A DNA stretch of 55,534 bases, from assembly GCA_046090125.1 (NCBI GenBank), contig JBJSZF010000296.1, positions 1 through 55,534 of the forward strand. Reading direction: 5' to 3'. The DNA comes from Verrucomicrobiota bacterium. GTDB taxonomy: Bacteria; Verrucomicrobiota; Verrucomicrobiia; Limisphaerales; UBA9464. Each line of letters begins with the position of its first letter. Position 1 is the stretch's first letter. Under the pieces are notes generated by a model. It was not told where the DNA came from, did not search any database, and saw nothing but the letters and a program-made list of their open reading frames with translations. Of this stretch, positions 45,695-54,427 are shown one piece after another. The translations under genes were made by a program, and so were the position numbers.

Positions 45695-46510
45695 TCAGCA
45701 CCCAAAGGCCTCGCGCAGGGACGCGCGGCTGCGGGTGGCGATGGCCTCGGGGCCCTCCTCGAAGCGGAACACCTCGACGGACACGGTGCCGTCGTAGCCC
45801 ACGTCGCGCAGGGCGCGCGCGATGGGGACGAAGTCCACGTCACCGAAGCCGGGGCCCTTGAGGTTGGCGTCGTTGGCGTGGAAGTAGGCGAACCGGCCCC
45901 CGCTTTGCCGGATGGTCTCCGCCACGGGGCGGCCCTCGGAGGACATGGCCTTCACGTCGAGGATGATGCTCATGGCGGGCGACGCGAAGAGGTCGGCGAA
46001 TCGCCGGGCGTCGCGGGCGGTGTTGATGAAGTTGGTCTCCGAGGGCGCGAGCGGCTCGAAGCAGATGGTGAAGCCGCGGTCGCGCGCACGGGCGACGGCG
46101 GGGCGGAACACGTCGGCCGCCCAGGCCCAGCCCTGCTCGTTCGTGACGCCCGGGAGGAGGTTCCGTTGCTTGGGCGAGCCCACCACCATGCAGGGCGCGC
46201 CGAGGTCGGCCCCGAAGTCCACCAGGTCCACGAAGTACCGGGCGGTGCGGGCGCGGACGACGGGGTCGGGGCTGGTGACATGCAGGCCCTCGGTCTCGAC
46301 GAGGACCCAGTGGATGGCGGAGAGGGCGACGCCGGCGTCGGCGGCCTGTTGGCGGATTTCGGCGCGGCGCGCGGGCGGGATGAGGCCGACGGACTTGGCG
46401 AGGGTGAAGGGGGCGATCTCGACGGCGTCGTATCCGGCCGCGCGGGCGTGGCGGAACGTGTCCGGCAACGACCACCCCTTGTAGATCTCGTTGCAGATGG
46501 CGAAGCGCAT
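45695..46510 (-). CDS. Sugar phosphate isomerase/epimerase (xylose isomerase-like TIM barrel)
   Basis: ATG 46510 (MRFAICNEIYKGW). Motifs: GYDAVEIAPF, ICFEPL, and FHANDAN..GPG, which are typical metal and ligand positions. The start overlaps the upstream stop (ATGA). Confidence 0.9.
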   Translation of the reverse strand: MRFAICNEIYKGWSLPDTFRHARAAGYDAVEIAPFTLAKSVGLIPPARRAEIRQQAADAGVALSAIHWVLVETEGLHVTSPDPVVRARTARYFVDLVDFGADLGAPCMVVGSPKQRNLLPGVTNEQGWAWAADVFRPAVARARDRGFTICFEPLAPSETNFINTARDARRFADLFASPAMSIILDVKAMSSEGRPVAETIRQSGGRFAYFHANDANLKGPGFGDVDFVPIARALRDVGYDGTVSVEVFRFEEGPEAIATRSRASLREAFGC

Positions 46511-49119
46511 CAGGGCACCTTGAGGAGCTCCGCCTCGGTCCAGGAATCGTCGCGGTCCTTGGTCTGGGCGCGCAGGGCGCGGACGGACTCGACGGCGACG
46601 GGGGCGGCGGCATGGCCCCATTCGCGGCGGACGTGGGTGAGGATGTCGGCGATCTGCTGGTCGTCGAGCGCCTCATTGAAGGCGGGCATGTTCAGCTCCC
46701 ACTTCTGGCCCTTGACGGTGATGGCGTCGCGCACGCCGTGGAGGACGATGCGGACAAGGCGGCCCTCGGAACCCAGAGCCCACTCGGAGTCGCGGAGGGG
46801 CGGTGCGAGGCCTTCCTGTCCGTTGCCATGGGGTTGGTGACAGGCCGCGCACACGACGGCGTAGAGGTCGCGTCCGCGGTCGCGGCTGGCCTGCTCGGCG
46901 ACGGACAGCGGCGCGCCCGTGCCCGTGTCGAGCACGCGGCCGTCGCCCTCCCACGAGATGAGCGGCGCGACCTTGTCGAGGCGTTCGCGAACCTCGGGGG
47001 CCTCGACGCGGCGGAGGGCCTCCCAGCCGCGCGGTTGCTTGGCGTAGCGCACCGGCCGGACCTTGGGCGCGGGCTGGCCCTTGGCGGCGACGGGAACGGT
47101 GCTGGCGATGCCATCCAGCAAGGCGAGTTGCTGCCAGTCGGCGGTCTTTCGATACGACGCCAAGGTGAGAAGATGCTCGATGCGATCGGGCGCGCCCTCG
47201 GTGGCCACGCATTGGGCGAGGCGTCGGACGAGGGGGCCATGCTCGCGTCGGTCGGGGCTGCACAAGGGATCGGAGAAGAGCCCTTCGAGGAACTCCAGCT
47301 CGCGTCCGCCGAGGCCGCTGACGGCGGCATCGACGCGGAGGGGCGAGGCGGGGGCGTTCATGAGGAGCACGCGGAGGACGAGGTCGGCCTGCGGGGTGCG
47401 GGCCTCGGCGAGGGTGAAGAGCATCTGGGTGTGCTCGGGGCCGGCGCCGGGGGAGCAGGCGCGCATGAGGAGGAGCATGGCCTGGTCGCGGGCGGGCCCG
47501 CGCAGGTGCGGCTCGAGGAGGCGCATGGCGGCGGAACGGACGCGGGGCTCGGGGTCGGCGAGGGCGACGCCGAGTGTGGGGAGGTCGGTGGCGTCGAGGC
47601 CTTCGAGCGTCCAGAGGGCATGGAGTCGTGCGAAGGCGTTGGAACGGCCGGGCGCGTCGGCCTTGCCGCGTCCCGTGGCGAGGTCGCGCAGGGCGGGCAC
47701 GGCGTTCGTGGCGCGGCGCTCGACGAGGAGTTGCTGGGCGCGGTCGCGCCACCAGCCGTTGGGGTGGGAGAGCTTGCTGACAAGGTCGGCGTCGGTGGGG
47801 TTGGCGGGGAGGGTTTCGGCGCGGCGCGGCCTGCCGGCGTGGACGATGCGGTAGATGCGGCCGAGCTCGACGGGGGCCTGGAGCTTGCGGGACTCGGCCT
47901 GCTTGCGGAGGTAGGAGGTGAGGTAGATGCGGTGTTGGATGAGGCCGCGGGCGATGTCCACGACGTAGAGGCAGCCGTCGGGGCCGTTGGCGAGGTTGAC
48001 GGGGCGGAAGCGTTCGTCGAGGGCGGCGAGGAACTCGGCGTTGGGATGCGCGTTGGTGCCGGAGAGGACGCCGTCGGCCTCGGTGATCTTCTCGCGTCGG
48101 ACGAGGTTGCCGGTGGGCTCGCAGAGGAAGGCGTCGCCGACGAACTGGGGTGGGAACTGGTCGCCGCGATAGACGACGGGGCCGCAGGCTCCGGTGAAGG
48201 TGGCGAGGTGGCCCTCGGGGGTGAGCTGGTTGGGTTGGTAGCCGCGGTTGACGCCCGGGTTCACGCGGGCGGTATGGGTGCGCATGTTGCGCTCGACCTG
48301 GAGGTTGGCCCCGAAGGGTTGGCGCAGGTTGCGGTTGCGGGCGAGGTAGGCGGACGGGACGGCGTCGGCGCGGAGGGGGTCGGAGTTGGAGTTGTAAAAG
48401 AGGCGTCCGAAGTCGTCCTGGGAGAGGCCCCATTGGCCGCGGAAGATGGTGGGTTCGCGAAGCCAATTGGTGCCGCCCTTCCAGCGGTAGCGGGTGGTGT
48501 GGTTGGCGGAATAGACCCAGTTGTCGAGGGCCCACGTGGGGCTGTTGCTGGCGTGCTCGGGGTTGGCGCGCTCGCCGAGGCGCGGGTCGTCCTGGGACGC
48601 ATAGTCGTCCGCCACCAGCTCCTTCGTGTCCGCCTTGCCGTCGCCATCCGTGTCCCGTGCAAACCAGAGCCGGGGCGGCTCCGCGACGAGCGCGCCGTCG
48701 CGGAACAACATGATGGATCGCGGCATGACCAAGCCGCCCAGGAACTCGGTCCGCCGGTCCATGCGGCCGTCGCCGTTGGTGTCGTCGAGGATGACGACGG
48801 AGCCGACCGGCTCGGACTCGCCGGTGCCGTCGGGGTTGCGCATGTAGCCGCTCATCTCGACGACCCAAAGGCGGCCACGGTGGTCGAACTGCACGGCGAC
48901 GGGGGTGCGGACGAGGGGTTCGGCGGCGACGACCTCGGCGCGGAAGCCATCGGGGAGCCGGAAGGTGGCGATCTGGGCCTCGGGCGAGAGGACGGGCGCG
49001 GGCGGGATGCGGTCGGCGGGGACGCGCTCGGGCTGAACCTCGCCGGCCTTGTCGCCGTTCTGGGCGAGGAGGAGCGACGCCGCGAGGGGCACGCACGAAA
49101 GGGAGCGGAGGAGCTTCAT
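46510..49119 (-). CDS. PVC-type heme-binding CxxCH protein (membrane-bound-dehydrogenase-like domain + HEAT repeats + cytochrome c)
   Basis: ATG 49119 (MKLLRSLSCVPLAASLLLAQ). N-terminal block FRLPDGFRAEVVAAEPLVRTPVAVQFDHRGRLWVVEM. HEAT-like middle region. C-terminal CAACHQPHGNGQEGLAPPL...NMPAF cytochrome c domain. Confidence 0.9.
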   Translation of the reverse strand: MKLLRSLSCVPLAASLLLAQNGDKAGEVQPERVPADRIPPAPVLSPEAQIATFRLPDGFRAEVVAAEPLVRTPVAVQFDHRGRLWVVEMSGYMRNPDGTGESEPVGSVVILDDTNGDGRMDRRTEFLGGLVMPRSIMLFRDGALVAEPPRLWFARDTDGDGKADTKELVADDYASQDDPRLGERANPEHASNSPTWALDNWVYSANHTTRYRWKGGTNWLREPTIFRGQWGLSQDDFGRLFYNSNSDPLRADAVPSAYLARNRNLRQPFGANLQVERNMRTHTARVNPGVNRGYQPNQLTPEGHLATFTGACGPVVYRGDQFPPQFVGDAFLCEPTGNLVRREKITEADGVLSGTNAHPNAEFLAALDERFRPVNLANGPDGCLYVVDIARGLIQHRIYLTSYLRKQAESRKLQAPVELGRIYRIVHAGRPRRAETLPANPTDADLVSKLSHPNGWWRDRAQQLLVERRATNAVPALRDLATGRGKADAPGRSNAFARLHALWTLEGLDATDLPTLGVALADPEPRVRSAAMRLLEPHLRGPARDQAMLLLMRACSPGAGPEHTQMLFTLAEARTPQADLVLRVLLMNAPASPLRVDAAVSGLGGRELEFLEGLFSDPLCSPDRREHGPLVRRLAQCVATEGAPDRIEHLLTLASYRKTADWQQLALLDGIASTVPVAAKGQPAPKVRPVRYAKQPRGWEALRRVEAPEVRERLDKVAPLISWEGDGRVLDTGTGAPLSVAEQASRDRGRDLYAVVCAACHQPHGNGQEGLAPPLRDSEWALGSEGRLVRIVLHGVRDAITVKGQKWELNMPAFNEALDDQQIADILTHVRREWGHAAAPVAVESVRALRAQTKDRDDSWTEAELLKVP

Positions 49120-49250
49120 GAGCGGTGGTGGACGAATTGCGTCGGGGGATTCTTCGCTTCGGCGGGCGTGCTTCAAGGATGGAGTGGCGGCTGCGGGGCG
49201 GGCGCGGGTCCGGCTTTGACGCCCCGGCGGGGTTCGGATACGAAGATGGG

Positions 49251-50399
49251 ATGCGAAGCGCGTTGCGGTTGCCCGTGGTTGCCGGGCCGTGGCTGGTGGC
49301 CATGGCGGTGGCGGGATCGTTGGCGGCGGGCGAGGCGATGCGCGAGAGCGGGCCTTCGCGGTCGAAGGGAACGCTGGACCGCAATGGCCGGCCGTCGGAC
49401 CCGTTGCTGGAACGGCTCGTCAACCCGTCGCAGCTCAAGCCGGGCCGGGATGATTCGAGCCTGGTGAACCCGCTGCTGTCCCCCAAGCCCAACAAGGGCT
49501 CCGTGGATCCCCTGCTGCAAAAGCAGTGGAACCGGGAGATCGAGAAGCAACGCAACTGGCTGCTCGAGAATGCCACGAAGATCGCAGAGCCCGACAAGTC
49601 CGGCCTGGGCCGCGAGTCCGAACGGATGTTGCCCAACGGCAAGCCGCGGCTTGGGACGGAGGCGCCTGCATCGCTGAGGTACTTGCAGGCTCGGGACGCG
49701 GCCGCGACCGGGGCCATGAGGCATTTGCAGGGCGACGGGCAGGACGGGACGGGGCCGTCCACGTCGCCGGATGGGGCTTCCACGACATTGCAAGGCTCGG
49801 AACGGGGCATGGATCGGCCCTTGGACACGTCACGGATCATCCAGTTGGGCGGTGACGCGTCGGCGAAGCCCACCGGCCACTCGTCCGGACCAGCGTCGTC
49901 TTTGTCCGCGTTGCGGGACGTCGCCAACCCGAGCGTTCCCGGTGCGCTCAGCCCGGCGGAAGAGGTTCGCAAGACGTTGATGGAAGAGCGGACGTCCGCC
50001 TTTGCAACCCTGCTGGACTCGCAGCCATCGGCCGGGGTGGAGGGCAATGCCCCTGCGGCCCGCAGCGGGGCACCCGCAGCCGGGGCGTCCGCAGCCAGCC
50101 CGGAGGTGCTGGCCATCGGCGGCATCGAGCCACGCCGTTCCCCTTCCAGTCGCGCCCAGCAATTCGACGCGCTTTTGGCGGGGCCCGAGACGCCGGTCGG
50201 CAGCTTGGCCAACACGGTGGCCCGTCCGAATGCCGCCGCGACGTTGCCTGTGGCGACGCGCGGGGCGGGCTTGATCGACCTTGTGAAGCCGGGCGGGACG
50301 CCCGTTGCGTCCCCGGCGGTCAAGCCGGCGACGCGAACGCCCGAGCGCCGTTTCCAGGGACAGCCTGCGATCCTCGAGCTGCCGAGGTTCAACCAGTGA
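49251..50399 (+). CDS. Hypothetical secreted, largely low-complexity protein
   Basis: ATG 49251 (MRSALRLPVVAGPWLVAMAVAGSLAAGEA). Ser/Pro/Ala/Gly-rich with short conserved-looking blocks (DPLLQKQWNREIEKQRNWLLEN). Its stop overlaps the next start (GTGA at 50396-50399). Confidence 0.5.
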   Translation: MRSALRLPVVAGPWLVAMAVAGSLAAGEAMRESGPSRSKGTLDRNGRPSDPLLERLVNPSQLKPGRDDSSLVNPLLSPKPNKGSVDPLLQKQWNREIEKQRNWLLENATKIAEPDKSGLGRESERMLPNGKPRLGTEAPASLRYLQARDAAATGAMRHLQGDGQDGTGPSTSPDGASTTLQGSERGMDRPLDTSRIIQLGGDASAKPTGHSSGPASSLSALRDVANPSVPGALSPAEEVRKTLMEERTSAFATLLDSQPSAGVEGNAPAARSGAPAAGASAASPEVLAIGGIEPRRSPSSRAQQFDALLAGPETPVGSLANTVARPNAAATLPVATRGAGLIDLVKPGGTPVASPAVKPATRTPERRFQGQPAILELPRFNQ

Positions 50400-50899
50400 C
50401 CGCCGCGACCTTCCAGCGCGTCGCGGCCGCGCTTTGGCTTGCCGCAGCCGTCGGTTGCTCGCATCAGCCCAACAGGTCGCCCGAGGCGCGCATCATCAAG
50501 GTCCTGCCGAGCCTGCTGGACGCCGAGGGGCGTGCGTCGCTGCATCCGAGCCTGTATGAACGGGACGCCTACCAGGCCTTCCTCCGCAAGGAATCCGACA
50601 AGGTGGCGGGGCTGCGCTTCGACATCTTGTGGAGGGCGCGGCCTGCGTCACGTGGCGGCCAAGCGCGGCCGCTGTTGCTGAAGCTGGAGCTGCGAGGAGG
50701 GTCAAAGGGCGGCACCGCGCGCGGCAGCAACACCGTTGTGGTCGAGCGCCCCATCGCCGGCTCCCAGGTCGGCCGCCGATGGAGCCAGGTCGTCCTTGGG
50801 CCCGACGAGTTCCGCCGTGTCGGCGAGGTCTCCGCGTGGCGTGCGACGCTCCTGGAGGACCAACGGGTCGTGGCGTCCACGCAGTCCTTTCTTTGGTAG
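50396..50899 (+). CDS. Hypothetical lipoprotein
   Basis: GTG 50396. LWLAAAVGC is a lipobox-like signal. 167 aa. No family recognised. Confidence 0.55.
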   Translation: MTAATFQRVAAALWLAAAVGCSHQPNRSPEARIIKVLPSLLDAEGRASLHPSLYERDAYQAFLRKESDKVAGLRFDILWRARPASRGGQARPLLLKLELRGGSKGGTARGSNTVVVERPIAGSQVGRRWSQVVLGPDEFRRVGEVSAWRATLLEDQRVVASTQSFLW

Positions 50900-50920
50900 C
50901 GGCAGGCCGCGCCCGAGGGC

Positions 50921-52147
50921 GTGCGCGGCCGGTGCCCGCGCGGCGTCAGAGGTGCCCCATCCCTTCCTTGTCGTCGGCAACGTCGATGCCGCAGGCTGCG
51001 GCGCGTGGCGTTCTTCTGGGTGATGGGCGGGCTGGCCATGCTGGCCTCGGTGTTGCTGCTGTGGCAGTGGACCGTGGCCCGGCACTTCCCGCTGCACCAG
51101 GCGGCGGCACCAGCCGCTCCGGCGCCCTCGGTGTCCCTTCTCAAGCCGGTGCATGGGGCCGACCCATCGCTGGAACGCTGCTTGGAGAGCTGGCTCCAGC
51201 AGTCGTATCCGGCCCCCGTCGAGGTCTTGGTGGGCGTGCATCGGCCCGACGACCCGGCGGTGGCGGTGGTTGAGTCCGTGCTGGCCCGGCAACCGGGGAT
51301 GGAAGCGCGCCTGGTGGTGTGTCCGGAACGACCGGGCCTGAACCACAAGGCGTGTACGCTGGCCCGGTTGGAGGAACTGGCCCGGCACGACGTGGTCGTG
51401 GTGAGCGACGCCGACGTGCTGGCGCGGCCCGGGTTGCTGGCATCGGCCGTGGCGCCCTTGGCGTCGCCGGGCGTGGGGTTGGTAAACTGCCTGTATCGCA
51501 ACCCGGAGCCCATGGGGGGCGCGCGTGCGTGGGAGGCCTTGTCGTTGAACGTGGACTTCTGGAGCCAGGTGCTCCAGTCGCGATCCCTTGCCAGGCAGGA
51601 CTTCGCCCTCGGCGCCGTGATGGCATTGCGGCGGTCGGACCTGCTGGCCGTGGGCGGGTTCGGCGGGTTGGTGGACCAGTTGGCCGACGACTTCCACCTG
51701 GGGCGACGGGTCCATCACAGGGGCCTGCGGATTGAGCTGGCGACCATGGTGGCGGACTGCATCGAGGCTCCCGCAACGGCGAGGCAGGTGTGGAGCCATC
51801 AGTTGCGGTGGGCGCGGACGATCCGGGCGTGTCGGCCTGGTCCATTCTTTTTGAGCATATTGAGCAACGGGAGCGTTTGGGCGGCGGGGGCGATGGCGAT
51901 GGCGTTGACGGTTGGACGGAGCCCTTGGCCATGGGCAGGCCTGTTGGTGCTGCGCGCCAGCGTGGCTGCCTCCCTGCACCGTCGCATGTGCCCCGAGGTG
52001 CCCATCGGGGCCGGCATCTTGCGGGTTTGGCCCAAGGACCTTGCCGCCGCCGTGGTGTGGGCCGCCGCGTTCCTGGGCAACACCGTTGAGTGGCGCGGGC
52101 GTCGCTTCCGGGTGCGGCCCGGAGGGACACTGACCGAGCTGGCCTGA
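50921..52147 (+). CDS. Family 21/2 glycosyltransferase (ceramide glucosyltransferase / HpnI-like)
   Basis: SLLKPVHGADP, VVVSDADV (D-x-D), ALGAVMALRR, and the QLRWARTIR (Q/R)xxRW motif, followed by C-terminal TM helices. The start is uncertain: GTG 50921 or ATG 51023. Confidence 0.8.
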   Translation: MRGRCPRGVRGAPSLPCRRQRRCRRLRRVAFFWVMGGLAMLASVLLLWQWTVARHFPLHQAAAPAAPAPSVSLLKPVHGADPSLERCLESWLQQSYPAPVEVLVGVHRPDDPAVAVVESVLARQPGMEARLVVCPERPGLNHKACTLARLEELARHDVVVVSDADVLARPGLLASAVAPLASPGVGLVNCLYRNPEPMGGARAWEALSLNVDFWSQVLQSRSLARQDFALGAVMALRRSDLLAVGGFGGLVDQLADDFHLGRRVHHRGLRIELATMVADCIEAPATARQVWSHQLRWARTIRACRPGPFFLSILSNGSVWAAGAMAMALTVGRSPWPWAGLLVLRASVAASLHRRMCPEVPIGAGILRVWPKDLAAAVVWAAAFLGNTVEWRGRRFRVRPGGTLTELA

Positions 52148-52245
52148 GCCGGAGCGATTCAGTTGGGTCGGTCGTGCTTGCTCGATCTGCTTCTGCAAAT
52201 CCTTCGTCGTTCGGCTGACCCGGAATCGGCGTGCCGCGACACGGC
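52148..52245. repeat. Second, apparently one-ended copy of the 168-bp element
   Basis: Begins 1 nt after the GT21 stop. Bases 52155-52208 match 44280-44333 at 51/54 positions. Similarity weakens further right, and I found no clear right-end CCAACTGAATCG. Confidence 0.55.
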
Positions 52246-52251
52246 GCGCCA

Positions 52252-52896
52252 TCACGCCCCGGCGGGTTTTCCCACGACGCCCAGCTCGACCAGGGCGTTG
52301 ATCAGGAACTGGAACGCAATCGACGCCAGCAACAGGCCCATGATACGTTCCACGACCTTCATGGCGATGGGCGTGAGCCAGCGGCTGCCGCGGCTGGCCA
52401 GGGCGAACGTCCAATAGCTCGCCACCGCCACCGCCCCGATGGCGAGGCCGAGCACCACCCGCTTGGGCCAGTCGTCCGCCTTCACATGCAGGAGGATCAC
52501 CGTCGAGATCGCGCCCGGCCCCGCCAGCATGGGCACCGCCAGGGGCGTGATGGCCACGTCCTCCTTGGCCGTGCCCTCCGCCTCCTCCTCGTCCGTTTGG
52601 CGAACGCGCGACCGCTGCGCCCACACCATTTCCAACGCCACGAGCAGCAACACCACGCTCCCCGCCATCTGGAAGGCCGGGATCGTGATGCCCAGCAACC
52701 GGAACAACGCGTTGCCCACCACCGCGAACACCAGCAAGAGAAACCCAGCCACCACCGCCGCCATCCGCGCCATCCGCAGCCGTTCCCCGGGCGAGTTGTC
52801 CGCCGTCATCGTCACGAACGCCGGCACCGCCGCGATCGGGTCCACGATCACGAACAACGAGCTCAACGCCAGCAAAGCGTACTCCCACGTCGTCAT
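52252..52896 (-). CDS. MarC-family (UPF0056) integral membrane protein
   Basis: ATG 52896 (MTTWEYALLALSSLFVIVDPIAAVPAF). Six hydrophobic helices. Contains the typical ITPLAVPMLAGPGAIST block. Confidence 0.9.
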   Translation of the reverse strand: MTTWEYALLALSSLFVIVDPIAAVPAFVTMTADNSPGERLRMARMAAVVAGFLLLVFAVVGNALFRLLGITIPAFQMAGSVVLLLVALEMVWAQRSRVRQTDEEEAEGTAKEDVAITPLAVPMLAGPGAISTVILLHVKADDWPKRVVLGLAIGAVAVASYWTFALASRGSRWLTPIAMKVVERIMGLLLASIAFQFLINALVELGVVGKPAGA

Positions 52897-54239
52897 GCGT
52901 TCCCCTGCCCCTTCTCCATCACCGTCTCCGTCGGCTCCCCCGCCGAGCACGGCACCAGCACCGCGTCCGACATCCCATGGATGATCTTCTTGTCGGCTGG
53001 GCACGCCGTGGCCAGCACCCCGCCCAGCACCGTGCGGGCGACGTCGCCCTCGCCGTGCACGAAGTAGTACGGGCACAACCTCACCCGCGCCGCCATCGCA
53101 CGCGTCGTCCCCGCGTCGTCCACCCACGCCACCGGCAACGACCGGGGCCGACGGTACTCCTGGAGGATGTAGGGCGAGCGGGGCCATGCGGCGATGGCCT
53201 CGTCCACGGCCCGCGACCATTCCTCGCGGCTCAGGTCGCTGCCGAGGTGGACGCCGCGGGAGCCCCAGGCCAGCGGCGAGTAGCCCGACACCTTCAGGAT
53301 CCGTTCGCGCTCCCGTTGCGACCACTCCTTCATCTGCCGCCAATCCGTGAGGTCGAGCCCCGGCACGGCTGCATGGGGCGGCATGGGCGAAGGATCCACC
53401 ACCCAGCTTCGCGGGACGATGCGCAGCAACCGTTGCAGGAACGCCTCGCCCAGCTCGCGCCGCCAAAAGTCGCGGAGGTTGCGGTTCCACAGCAGCGCAA
53501 AGAGCAGCTTCTCCTCGAAGATCGGCCGCGGCGGCGGCGTCACCCGCAACCGCCCCTCCGAGGCCGCCTCAAACCACCGTCCTGCCGACGGCACGCTGGC
53601 CACATCAAACAACTCGAAGAACCGATACACCGCGTCACCGTCCGGCACGATGCCATGGTCCTGCCCCACGACGCGGAACCGAGGCCCCAGCCGCGCCGCG
53701 AGCCACTCCATCTCGGGCCGATACGACCGCGCCTCCTCCGACACCACCAGGTGCACGCACGGCGCATCGCCGAAGATGCCCGCGAAGCCCCGCATCATGC
53801 CGTCGGGACCGCCCACCACCTCATCCCCAAGGCCCGCGTAGGTCTCGTTCAGCCATTGGGTGACGCCGATGCCGCCCGGGACGGAATCCAGCTCAGACAC
53901 GGCGAGCCCGTCCTCGACGAGGAGCACGTCGGGCCGGATGACCCGGGGGATTTCGTTGCGGAGGCCGTGGAGACGTTGCCACCGGACGAGTTCCTCCGGC
54001 TTGCCTTGGTCCAGCAACGCCGCCACCCACGCCGGCTCCCGGCCGTCCACGGACCGGCGATAGAGCTGGTTCACCGCGCGGTAGAGCTGGAGGAAGACAC
54101 GCCCCAAGCCCTCGAGCTCGCGGGTCACCGCCACGCCGAGCGCCAACGGCCCGGCCCCCACACGCCATGCCTGCCCGGCAAAGAGCCCGCCCGATGGCAT
54201 CGCCGCCCTCACGAGTCCGGCCTTGGATGCGTCCGTCAT
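52893..54239 (-). CDS. Uncharacterised protein with ATP-grasp-like features
   Basis: ATG 54239 within track ORF 52893..54395. Blocks VIRPDVLLVEDGLAVSELDSVPGGIG, ILKVSGYSPLAWGSRGVHLG and SPYILQEY resemble circularly permuted ATP-grasp or glutathionylspermidine-synthase-like enzymes. This assignment is tentative. The stop overlaps the marC start (ATGA at 52893-52896). Confidence 0.55.
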   Translation of the reverse strand: MTDASKAGLVRAAMPSGGLFAGQAWRVGAGPLALGVAVTRELEGLGRVFLQLYRAVNQLYRRSVDGREPAWVAALLDQGKPEELVRWQRLHGLRNEIPRVIRPDVLLVEDGLAVSELDSVPGGIGVTQWLNETYAGLGDEVVGGPDGMMRGFAGIFGDAPCVHLVVSEEARSYRPEMEWLAARLGPRFRVVGQDHGIVPDGDAVYRFFELFDVASVPSAGRWFEAASEGRLRVTPPPRPIFEEKLLFALLWNRNLRDFWRRELGEAFLQRLLRIVPRSWVVDPSPMPPHAAVPGLDLTDWRQMKEWSQRERERILKVSGYSPLAWGSRGVHLGSDLSREEWSRAVDEAIAAWPRSPYILQEYRRPRSLPVAWVDDAGTTRAMAARVRLCPYYFVHGEGDVARTVLGGVLATACPADKKIIHGMSDAVLVPCSAGEPTETVMEKGQGNA

Positions 54240-54427
54240 CAGGATCCAATTTACCTGTTTGCCGCCGCGTTCCCAGCGTCGAGTCGCCGCCCAAGCGTCC
54301 CGGGCATGGGGGCGAAGGTTGGCCTGCACGGAAACCCCCGGGGAGGCCGCGGTCGTTCCGACCCGACGCAGCGCGGGCTTGCTTCCCATGGGCAACGGGT
54401 TTGGAGTGAAACAACGAAAGGCAAAAC

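Noticed and set aside
46673-50545. 1290-aa minus-strand ORF, the longest uninterrupted frame after the giant gene
   Set aside because: It is out of frame with the well-supported PVC heme-binding gene on the same strand. It runs antisense through the 49251..50399 gene. It is Arg/Pro-rich with no recognisable motifs.
50702-52888. 728-aa minus-strand ORF spanning the lipoprotein, GT21, repeat and marC regions
   Set aside because: It crosses several independently supported genes and an intergenic repeat, and it is out of frame with marC. This is a shadow ORF.
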